In this document: piece after piece, positions 28,881 through 36,762 of the stretch
Numbering within the stretch: position 1 is the first letter of the stretch
How the letters are laid out: every line of letters begins with the position of its first letter
Assembly (NCBI GenBank): GCA_019309045.1
Contig: JAFDGZ010000008.1
Location: 309-64,308, forward strand
Length of the DNA: 64,000 nt
Direction of reading: 5' to 3'
Source of the DNA: Deltaproteobacteria bacterium
GTDB lineage: Bacteria; Desulfobacterota; Syntrophobacteria; BM002
Made by a program: the position numbers and the translations under genes
The notes under the pieces: generated by a model
Seen by the model: the letters and a program-made list of their open reading frames with translations, nothing else
Databases searched by the model: none
What the model was told of the DNA's origin: nothing

Positions 28881-30212
28881 ATGTCAAGGTCAAAATTACA
28901 CTTACCCATTGTGCTTTTCTTGCTCGTGGTCGTTGTGCTTGTCATCGGCTGGGAGCGCTTAAGTGTACAGGACGTATCTGCAGAGGCAAAAGATGTCTAT
29001 GAACAGCTGCAGGTGTTCAGCGACGCTCTCGATATTATCCAGGAAAATTATGTCAAAGAGGTAGACCAGGAAAAGCTGATCGATGGTGCCATCTCCGGCA
29101 TGTTGAAAACTCTCGACCCGCACTCCTCATACCTGAATCAGGATGCCTATAAAGAACTGCAGGTGGAAACTAAAGGCAGTTTTGGCGGCATAGGCATTGA
29201 AATCACTATACGAGACGGGGTCCTTACAGTGGTTTCTCCTCTGGAGGGTACGCCGGCTTATGAATTGGGCATCCAGGCAGGAGACCAGATTTTGAAGGTA
29301 GACGGCGAACCCACCAAAGATATGTCCCTGATGGAAGCAGTGAAAAAAATGCGGGGGCCCAAGGGCACCAAGGTCACCCTTACCATCATGCGCAAGGGAT
29401 TTACCAAACCAAAAGAATTCACTGTGATCCGGGCAATTATTCCCATCAAGAGTGTGCGAGCCAAGAGCATGGGCTCCGGCATTGGCTATGTGCGCATCTC
29501 CCAGTTCCAGAGTACTACCACCAAGGACTTGCGCAACGCCCTGGATAGTTTAGAAAAAGAGCTCAAGCCCATGAGAGGCTTGATTCTGGACCTCAGAAAC
29601 AACCCGGGCGGTCTTCTCGACCAAGCAGTCAAGGTAAGCGATGAATTCCTGGACGAGGGACTGATAGTCTATACCGGCGGCCGAATAAAGAGTCAGGATA
29701 TGGAGTTCCGGGCACACAAGAACATGCATCCCCATCCTTACCCATTGGTTGCCCTGGTAAACGAAGGCTCAGCGAGCGCCGCGGAAATTGTGGCAGGTGC
29801 GCTGCAGGATCAAAAAAGGGCTGTGATCCTGGGAGTAAAGACCTTCGGCAAGGGCTCTGTGCAAACTGTTATTCCCTTGAGAAATGGCTCCGCCATCCGC
29901 CTGACCACTGCCCTTTACTACACACCGAGTGGTCGTTCTATCCAGGCCACCGGCATTCAGCCTGACATCGTCGTCGAGCGGCGACTGCCAACAGAAGCAG
30001 ACAACAAGAGTGCGGATTTCAAGGCAATCCGGGAAAAAGATCTCAAAAACCACATGGAGCAGAAGCAAGGAGCCGACGACGAAAATCGCCAAAAATTGGA
30101 CAAGGAGGCCCAGATTCAAAAAGAACTCGAAAAGGACAACCAGCTGGCTCGGGCTGTGGAGCTGTTGAAGGGCTGGGAGATTCTTTCACGCATAAAACAA
30201 GCCGGCAGTTGA
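28881..30212 (+). CDS. ctpA: carboxyl-terminal processing protease (S41A, CtpA/Prc-like) with PDZ domain
   Basis: PDZ segment (GIGIEITIRDGVLTVVSPLEGTPA), S41 catalytic region GSASAAEI ... TFGKGSVQ. 443 aa. Confidence 0.9.
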   Translation: MSRSKLHLPIVLFLLVVVVLVIGWERLSVQDVSAEAKDVYEQLQVFSDALDIIQENYVKEVDQEKLIDGAISGMLKTLDPHSSYLNQDAYKELQVETKGSFGGIGIEITIRDGVLTVVSPLEGTPAYELGIQAGDQILKVDGEPTKDMSLMEAVKKMRGPKGTKVTLTIMRKGFTKPKEFTVIRAIIPIKSVRAKSMGSGIGYVRISQFQSTTTKDLRNALDSLEKELKPMRGLILDLRNNPGGLLDQAVKVSDEFLDEGLIVYTGGRIKSQDMEFRAHKNMHPHPYPLVALVNEGSASAAEIVAGALQDQKRAVILGVKTFGKGSVQTVIPLRNGSAIRLTTALYYTPSGRSIQATGIQPDIVVERRLPTEADNKSADFKAIREKDLKNHMEQKQGADDENRQKLDKEAQIQKELEKDNQLARAVELLKGWEILSRIKQAGS

Positions 30213-30378
30213 GGCCACGACTGTCTCTTTCAGGTTCCTGTCATTTCCTGCGCTTTGCTGGACAACGGATTTGCTCTAGCAGAATGTGGTGCCTTTGAAC
30301 TGCAGAGGAGGTTCCTCCACAGGAAATGATGTTTTCAATAGCGCCGTCTCACTGCTCTGCAAGCATACCGACACATCT

Positions 30379-31590
30379 ATGGCATCTGGGAAAAGGCCTC
30401 GCCGAAAAAAGAAGAAGCGCACCCCTTCAGGCAAAGACCTTCTGCTAAAATGGTCTCTGGCAGCTGTGGCAGTTGTCATTCTGCTGCTGCTGTTCTTGTG
30501 GTTTGACGCCTCTTTTTATCAACAGCCTCCTGCCATACCTGCATATGAAGAGGTCCAGGTCAACGGCTTCACTTCGCTGCTCGGCGAAGTGGAGATAGCC
30601 ATCTACCATGGCCTCAGAGAGCTGGGCGTCAAAGAATCGCAAATTCGCTTCCGTAAAGTAGTACAGCGGTCTCGGGGGAATAGACACTGGGAATATGTTG
30701 AAATTGAAGTCCGGCTGAAACCGTCGCAAAACCTGGTGCAAACCCAGAATATCGTAACCAAAAATCTGCAAACTGTGAGCGGGGCGATTTCCTGGGAAGC
30801 AAACGGCAGAACACCCTCCAGCCGGGACCTCACTGTGCGAGTCATGGGCATGCTCACCCACAAAATCATCCTGACGCACAAGATTGAGCAGCCTCCTGCC
30901 AGGGCCCGGAAAAAACCAGCAGCCAGAGTTGCCATCGTAATCGATGATCTGGGATACGACCGCCGTCTGGCAGAAAAATTTCTTGCCATCAAGGAGCCTC
31001 TCTCCTTTTCAGTGCTGCCGCATGGCAGATTCAGCAAGACGATTGCCAGTGAAATCCATAAGAAGGGCAAGGAATTGATGCTGCACCTGCCCATGGAGCC
31101 TAAAGGCTTTCCTGAGGTCAACCCAGGACCTGGCGCCCTGTTGCTGGCAATGACGGACGAAGAGCTCAGGCAGCAATTGCAAGAAGATCTTGCTTCCTTC
31201 TCCTCTGTTGTGGGAGTCAACAACCACATGGGGTCACGCTTCTGCGAGCAGGCAGCAAAAATGAAAATAGTTTTGCAGGAGATCAAAAAGAGGAATCTTT
31301 TTTTCCTCGACAGCCGAACGAGCAAGGACACCACCGGGTACACTCTAGCGAAACAGCTGGGCATACCCTCTGCGGAAAGAAATGTCTTTCTGGACAACAT
31401 CCAGTCGCCCCGGGCAATTCGCAGCCAGTTGCGAAGACTGGTGCAATTGGCTCGGCTCAAGGGCAGGGCCATTGGGATAGCTCATCCCCATCAGGTTACG
31501 CTCGAGGTACTCAGCAGCGATTTACCCAAGCTGAAAGAGCAGGGAGTCGAACTGGTATTGGTTTCGCAGATTATCCACCCACCCACCTGA
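30379..31590 (+). CDS. divergent polysaccharide deacetylase family protein (YibQ-like)
   Basis: N-terminal Lys/Arg-rich tail plus TM. AIVIDDLGYD ... HLPMEP motifs of the YibQ/divergent polysaccharide deacetylase family. Internal ATG at 30379 is chosen. Confidence 0.7.
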   Translation: MASGKRPRRKKKKRTPSGKDLLLKWSLAAVAVVILLLLFLWFDASFYQQPPAIPAYEEVQVNGFTSLLGEVEIAIYHGLRELGVKESQIRFRKVVQRSRGNRHWEYVEIEVRLKPSQNLVQTQNIVTKNLQTVSGAISWEANGRTPSSRDLTVRVMGMLTHKIILTHKIEQPPARARKKPAARVAIVIDDLGYDRRLAEKFLAIKEPLSFSVLPHGRFSKTIASEIHKKGKELMLHLPMEPKGFPEVNPGPGALLLAMTDEELRQQLQEDLASFSSVVGVNNHMGSRFCEQAAKMKIVLQEIKKRNLFFLDSRTSKDTTGYTLAKQLGIPSAERNVFLDNIQSPRAIRSQLRRLVQLARLKGRAIGIAHPHQVTLEVLSSDLPKLKEQGVELVLVSQIIHPPT

Positions 31591-31863
31591 GGAGTGCCCA
31601 GAGCTCTACCTGGTTGGCCGTATTTATCAGGGCACTCAGCCCCAGATTGTCTCTCTTGACAATTTGTTATGATTTCCGTATGGTTAACTGCTCACTGTGA
31701 CTTTGGGCCGAAAAGCGTCACCAAGGCTCGATAAGGGGATCACTTGCGCTCTTGGCTGGCAGGGCTCTCCTGTGTGACAGCACCAGCTGCTGGAACCCTG
31801 GCACGCCAGGGAACACGGTGAGTTGTTTACACCTGGCCACCTGCCTCAACTTATTGGGACGTC

Positions 31864-32634
31864 ATGCAGGCAATCCTCACCGAGATCGGCAGACTTACCT
31901 ATCGTCTTCTCTTAGAGACAGGCCAGATAGCCATTATGCTGTTTCAGGCAGCCACATGGCTTGTACGTCCGCCTCTGAAGGTAGGCCTCATTTTCAAACA
32001 GATGGAATTTGTGGGGGTCAAATCTACCACTGTAGTAATTCTTACCGGGGCATCCACCGGTGCTGTACTCGCCCTGCAAACCTATTACGGCTTCACCAAG
32101 TTCAATGCGGAGACCATGGTGGGTGCGGTGGTGACCTTGTCCATGACCAGGGAGCTCGGCCCGGTACTCACCGGACTCATGGTAACTGCCCGAGTGGGCT
32201 CTGCCATGGCCACAGAACTCGGCACCATGAGGGTCACCGAGCAGATAGATGCCCTGGAAGTTATGGCGGCCAACCCCATAAAGCACCTGGTTGTGCCACG
32301 ATTGGTGGCCACTGTACTGATGCTGCCGGTGTTGACGGTAATGTGCGTCTTTATCGCCGTTGCTGGCGGCTATGCAGTTGGCGTCAATTTGCTCCACATC
32401 AATCCAGGACTTTTCATGAGCAAGGTCTATGATATGGTGCAGCCCATTGACCTGTTCAATGGCCTGATCAAATCGGCTTTCTTTGGGCTTATCCTCAGCC
32501 TGGTGGGCTGCTATAAAGGTTTTGCCACCTCCGGTGGAGCAGAGGGAGTCGGCCGTTCAGCCACAGAGGCCGTTGTGCTCTCTTCGGTCCTCATCCTGGT
32601 GAGCGACTATTTTCTTACAGCGCTGATGTTTTGA
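31864..32634 (+). CDS. mlaE: phospholipid ABC transporter permease MlaE
   Basis: 256 aa, 5-6 TM, with the conserved MlaE/Ttg2B pattern (EIGRLTYRLL...MVTARVGSAMATELGTMRVTEQIDAL). Confidence 0.85.
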   Translation: MQAILTEIGRLTYRLLLETGQIAIMLFQAATWLVRPPLKVGLIFKQMEFVGVKSTTVVILTGASTGAVLALQTYYGFTKFNAETMVGAVVTLSMTRELGPVLTGLMVTARVGSAMATELGTMRVTEQIDALEVMAANPIKHLVVPRLVATVLMLPVLTVMCVFIAVAGGYAVGVNLLHINPGLFMSKVYDMVQPIDLFNGLIKSAFFGLILSLVGCYKGFATSGGAEGVGRSATEAVVLSSVLILVSDYFLTALMF

Positions 32635-33410
32635 TGACTGAGGTCAACAACAATTCTAGGGTAGCAATCCGGGTGGAAGCATTGTACAAAACACTCGGGG
32701 GACAGCCCGTGCTCAGAGGCCTTGACCTTCACATCGAACGGGGAAAAACTACTGCGGTAATTGGTCAGAGCGGCTCCGGCAAAAGTGTGCTCTTGAAGCA
32801 CATCATCGGCCTCATGAAGCCAGACTCGGGAAAAGTTCTGGTTGACGGGGTGGACATTGCTGCCGTCAATAGTCGCCAACTCAATGAAATAAGAAAGAAA
32901 TTTGGCATGTTGTTCCAGGGAGGAGCCCTTTTCGATTCCATGACCGTTGCCGAAAATGTGGCTTTTCCCCTCAGGGAACATACGACAAAAGATGAAGAGG
33001 AGATCGCCCAGATTGTGGCAGACAAATTGCGGCAGGTGGGGCTCAAGAATGTGGAGCACAAAATGCCGTCTGAACTCAGCGGCGGCATGAAAAAGAGGGT
33101 GGCACTTGCCAGGGCCATTGCCCTCGATCCGGAGATCATCCTCTTCGACGAACCCACAACTGGCCTGGACCCAGTGACCGCAGACGCCATAAATGATTTG
33201 ATTATCACTACTCATATGCGGACCCAGGCCACCCTGGTGGTGATCAGCCATGACATCGAGGGGACCTTCAAGGTTGCCCACAAGGTTGCCATGCTCTACG
33301 AAGGACGGATCATAATGGAGGGAACGCCGGAGCACTTCCGGCTCAGCAACGACCCGGTGGTGCGACAGTTTATTGAAGGCAGGGCCGAGGGTCCTATAGT
33401 GGTGGTGTAA
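32631..33410 (+). CDS. mlaF: phospholipid ABC transporter ATP-binding protein MlaF
   Basis: Walker A GQSGSGKS, signature LSGGMKKR, Walker B ILFDEPTTGLD. Overlaps the mlaE stop. Confidence 0.85.
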   Translation: MMTEVNNNSRVAIRVEALYKTLGGQPVLRGLDLHIERGKTTAVIGQSGSGKSVLLKHIIGLMKPDSGKVLVDGVDIAAVNSRQLNEIRKKFGMLFQGGALFDSMTVAENVAFPLREHTTKDEEEIAQIVADKLRQVGLKNVEHKMPSELSGGMKKRVALARAIALDPEIILFDEPTTGLDPVTADAINDLIITTHMRTQATLVVISHDIEGTFKVAHKVAMLYEGRIIMEGTPEHFRLSNDPVVRQFIEGRAEGPIVVV

Positions 33411-33437
33411 GGGACCCGACTGATCGGAGACCAAGGA

Positions 33438-34877
33438 ATGGCAAGACTGACAACTGAGGCACGAGTGGGACTCTTTGTCCTCTTGGGCATAATCCTGCTG
33501 GTCTACATGTCCCTGAAACTCGGTGAATTTCATTTTGGCCGCAGAGGCGGCTATGAGATCTATGCCATTTTCGACTCCGCTGCCGGCCTCAAGCTCAACG
33601 TACCGGCTGAAATAGCTGGTGTGGAGGTGGGCAGGGTCATGGGGGTAGAACTCGAGGCCGGCAAAGCAAAGGTCAGACTGCGGATCAGACCAGGTGTCAA
33701 GCTCAGCACCGATGCCACAGCCACCATCCGCACCAAAGGCTTGCTGGGAGACAGATACATAGAAATCCAGCCCGGCACTCCCACTGCAGAGCCCCTGCCA
33801 CCAGGAGGGACTATCGTCCACACGGTGACTCCTCCGGAGATGGACCAATTGTTGACCAAGCTGGGACAAATAGGCGACGACATCCGCCAGGTGACCTGGA
33901 CTCTCAGCCAGGTACTGGGGGGTAAAGAGGGGGCGGCCAGCCTGAAACAAGTGTTTCGCAATATCCGCGAGCTCAGTGAGAATCTAAACATGGCCGTCAA
34001 ACAGAACATGGAACACTTCGATGCCATAATGGCCAATCTAGATCGCTTCAGTCATGACATCAGAGAGATGAGCGGGGAAAACAAGGAAGATTTCAAGATC
34101 ATTGTTGCCAACATGAAAAACACTTCCAAGCAGCTGGAAGAGGCTATTACAGCCGTGCGCCAGGTGGTGGACAAGGTAAACCGGGGCGAGGGCTTTTTGG
34201 GACGTCTGGTGAACGACCCGGAAACTGCGGCAAATCTCGACGCCACCCTTGCCTCATTGAAAGAGGTCTCAGACAAGATAAACAGAGGGGAGGGATCTCT
34301 GGGTAAGCTGGTCAACGACGAGGAGACCGTGGACAATCTCAATGAGGCCCTGGGCAGCATCAACCGCGTTCTCAGCCAACAGGAGCGGTTCAAGACCTAC
34401 CTGAGCTACCGGGGTGAATACCTGGTGGACGGCAGTGATCTCAAGTCGTACGCCAGCCTGAGAATTCAACCTCGGCCAGACAAGTACTATCTGCTTTCTG
34501 TGGTGGACGTGCCCAAACGCGGCGACCGCAGCGATGGTATCAAGGTGTCGGCGCAAATCGCCAAGCGCTACCAGGACGTTGTTCTCCGGGGCGGTGTTCT
34601 GGAGTCCACAGGGGGGGTTGGCCTGGATTACTACCTGCTGGACGACAGCCTGAAGTTCAGTTTCGAAGCCTTTGATTTCGAGGACAGCCCCCACCTGAAA
34701 TTGTATGCTGACTATACCTTCCTGCAACATCTGTTTGTCACTATGGGCTGGGATGATTTTGTGGGCAGCGAAGGCGACGCCTCCTTCTTTTTCGGGGCGG
34801 GAGTGCGCTTCCTGGACGAGGATATCAAGGCTCTGCTTGGCGGCGGGGCCACAGCTGCGGCTGCAGCCAGAAAATAG
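33438..34877 (+). CDS. mlaD: MCE-domain protein MlaD with a long C-terminal coiled-coil/repeat extension
   Basis: N-terminal TM plus one MCE domain (VGLFVLLGIILLVYMSLKLG...AEIAGVEVGRV). 479 aa, much longer than E. coli MlaD. Confidence 0.8.
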   Translation: MARLTTEARVGLFVLLGIILLVYMSLKLGEFHFGRRGGYEIYAIFDSAAGLKLNVPAEIAGVEVGRVMGVELEAGKAKVRLRIRPGVKLSTDATATIRTKGLLGDRYIEIQPGTPTAEPLPPGGTIVHTVTPPEMDQLLTKLGQIGDDIRQVTWTLSQVLGGKEGAASLKQVFRNIRELSENLNMAVKQNMEHFDAIMANLDRFSHDIREMSGENKEDFKIIVANMKNTSKQLEEAITAVRQVVDKVNRGEGFLGRLVNDPETAANLDATLASLKEVSDKINRGEGSLGKLVNDEETVDNLNEALGSINRVLSQQERFKTYLSYRGEYLVDGSDLKSYASLRIQPRPDKYYLLSVVDVPKRGDRSDGIKVSAQIAKRYQDVVLRGGVLESTGGVGLDYYLLDDSLKFSFEAFDFEDSPHLKLYADYTFLQHLFVTMGWDDFVGSEGDASFFFGAGVRFLDEDIKALLGGGATAAAAARK

Positions 34878-34898
34878 CCCACTGTCATATGATACTCT

Positions 34899-34924
34899 GC
34901 CGGCGGAACTGCCCTACCGCCGGC
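34899..34924. terminator. GC-rich hairpin between the convergent mlaD and 34950..35696 genes
   Basis: Seen in sequence: GCCGGCGG-aactgcccta-CCGCCGGC, an 8 bp perfect stem. There is no strong U-tract on either side. Confidence 0.4.
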
Positions 34925-34949
34925 TTCAAAGCAGCCATATGTTGCTCCC

Positions 34950-35696
34950 CTAACGATTCGAGGTGTTTTTCCCCTGTCTGAGTTTTTGCAATAGGCGCAA
35001 ATGCTCGGCGCGTCTTGAGTCCAGCTTTTCCCATTCGAGGCCTGCAGGCCGCAGGGGGCGCGGGCTGATCGCAATAAGACGGCTGGGCGTGACAACCACG
35101 TCTACGGGGACGTCATGTGCCGCAGTTGGGATGTGGCTGCAAATCTGCAAGTCGTCCACCAGAGCAGCAATTCTGCTCTCCTCCCCGAGGGAGCCAATAC
35201 TGAGAAGAATGGCAAACTCCAGGTCAAAGTAGCCTGAGCCCTTGCCCAGCCTGACTCCCTGCAAACTGACAGCCACCGCTCCAGTCACCAGCATATCCAG
35301 GCGGCCGATGGCTCGGCGCGTTGTGGCCAGTTTCTTGCCGAATCTACGCACTCCCGAACTGCTGGCAGCCCGCCGCCAGGTTCTGGGCCTGAGCACCTGC
35401 CCTTCGAGCAGGTAAAAGCCGTCACGCAGGCCTGGTGTGGCCATGATCAGCCTTTTGCCATCGGCTAGACAATTGAGCCGCACCTGCAGCAGGGCCCTGT
35501 CCGGCGTTGCCAGAACGGTAGCCGCCCTTCTATAGGCCTCGAGCCGCCGCAGCCTTTCTGCCGCCTTGTTCTGCCCGGGAAACAGGGGAATCTTGCCATA
35601 AGGATCTGGAGAAATCCCTCGAGACTCCAGCAACTCCCACACCTCATGCCTCAGTGCTGCCTTGCGCCTCGCCACAGCCGCGGTTGAGCCATTCAT
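34950..35696 (-). CDS. 5-formyltetrahydrofolate cyclo-ligase family protein (tentative)
   Basis: 248 aa. Overall resemblance to the MTHFS/5-FTHF cyclo-ligase fold. The assignment is weak and based on general pattern only. Confidence 0.45.
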   Translation of the reverse strand: MNGSTAAVARRKAALRHEVWELLESRGISPDPYGKIPLFPGQNKAAERLRRLEAYRRAATVLATPDRALLQVRLNCLADGKRLIMATPGLRDGFYLLEGQVLRPRTWRRAASSSGVRRFGKKLATTRRAIGRLDMLVTGAVAVSLQGVRLGKGSGYFDLEFAILLSIGSLGEESRIAALVDDLQICSHIPTAAHDVPVDVVVTPSRLIAISPRPLRPAGLEWEKLDSRRAEHLRLLQKLRQGKNTSNR

Positions 35697-35823
35697 GAAT
35701 TAAGTATTCCCTTGCAGATCAACTTCTGGTAACAAAAAACCCCTGCCCATGGAGCAAGGGTGTCAACCAATTTCTCCTTGACCACCAGTGAAACCAGGTG
35801 ATATAAGCAATTGCTTACCATGA

Positions 35824-35898
35824 GCCGGCGTAGCTCAGGGGTAGAGCAGCTGATTCGTAATCAGCAGGTCGCGGGTTCGAATCCCATCGCCGGCTCCA
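35824..35898 (+). tRNA. tRNA-Thr (anticodon CGT)
   Basis: Cloverleaf readable. Acceptor GCCGGCG/CGCCGGC, anticodon arm GCTGA-TTCGTAA-TCAGC giving anticodon CGU, T-loop TTCGAAT, 3' CCA encoded. One C-A mismatch in the T-stem. Confidence 0.8.
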
Positions 35899-35927
35899 AT
35901 GATATCAATAAGAAGGAATAGCACCCT

Positions 35928-36251
35928 TCAATAATGATAACGTGCTTGAATAAAATCGACTCTATCCCGGCTTACTACGTAGACCAGCCTATGTTCCTGG
36001 GTGATTCTGCGAGACCAAATGCCTGGTCCAAGAAACTTTAGTGGTTCTGGTTTACCCACCCCTTGAAAGGGATCACGCATTACTGCTTCTATGAGTTTAA
36101 GAATCCGAAGAGCTGTCCGACGGTCTGTTTCGACCCAGTAACGCAGATCCTCTCTGAACTCAACCTGGAATACAGCTTGCCTCTTTCTGCTGCTTTGAGG
36201 CGATCCCTTTCTCCGCTTACTCAAAGCCGACCTCGCTGCGAAGTTCTTCAA
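35928..36251 (-). CDS. yoeB: YoeB/Txe-family mRNA interferase toxin
   Basis: C-terminal WSRRITQEHRLVY...RYHY matches YoeB. The ORF begins with TTG at 36251 and overlaps yefM by 35 nt, so the true start is probably further downstream. Confidence 0.75.
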   Translation of the reverse strand: MKNFAARSALSKRRKGSPQSSRKRQAVFQVEFREDLRYWVETDRRTALRILKLIEAVMRDPFQGVGKPEPLKFLGPGIWSRRITQEHRLVYVVSRDRVDFIQARYHY

Positions 36252-36495
36252 TAGTTTGTGGTGTACCGATTCCTTGCCGAACTCGATTAAGAGCAGAGAG
36301 CAACCGCTTCGTATTGGCAGGTGAACGAAGCAAATGTACAGTTTCGAGCAGGCCAGCGAGTTCCTCGGCGGCTATCATAGCGACATCCTCACTTCCACGC
36401 CGTTGGATAATTACAACCTCTCTATTCTTGGTAACTTCATCAATTAAGGAAGCGAAATTTGCACGGGCCTTGGTGTATGTTGTTTGAATGGCCAT
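36217..36495 (-). CDS. yefM: YefM/Phd-family antitoxin
   Basis: 92 aa. N-terminal YefM/Phd fold pattern (TKARANFASLIDEVTKNREVVIIQRRG). Directly precedes yoeB. Confidence 0.8.
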   Translation of the reverse strand: MAIQTTYTKARANFASLIDEVTKNREVVIIQRRGSEDVAMIAAEELAGLLETVHLLRSPANTKRLLSALNRVRQGIGTPQTIEELRSEVGFE

Positions 36496-36512
36496 GATGG
36501 TCCCCTCATATA

Positions 36513-36533
36513 ATGTACAGTTTTACTGTACAT
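36513..36533. promoter_or_regulatory. putative YefM-YoeB operator: inverted repeat containing two TGTACA hexamers
   Basis: Seen in sequence: aTGTACAGttttaCTGTACAt, 18-38 nt upstream of the yefM start codon. The E. coli yefM-yoeB operator is built from TGTACA palindromes. Confidence 0.5.
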
Positions 36534-36762
36534 CTTGCAGCTTTAAATGTCAATGTTGTTGAGTTGCTTCCAGGAGTAAGCCCTTGATTTAAGAAAACAT
36601 GAGGCACAAGCTCAGATGACGACAAAGGATTTGCCTCCACCTGCTGGCTAGCCTTACCCCCGCCCAGTAGCCTTTCCATTGGGAAGCGCTGGAGATATAT
36701 CGTATCCGAGAGGCAGATACGACCAGTAGACTGTGCGCCTCAAGAAATTACCTGCTATTCTG

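Noticed and set aside
32607-33950. 447 aa minus-strand ORF
   Set aside because: It is antisense to mlaF and mlaD, which have clear ABC and MCE motifs. It is a GC-driven artefact.
35824-35898. Possibility that tRNA-Thr is a pseudogene because of a C-A mismatch in the T-stem
   Set aside because: All other stems, the T-loop TTCGAAT and the anticodon loop are canonical, and CCA is encoded. A single mismatch is tolerated in many functional tRNAs.
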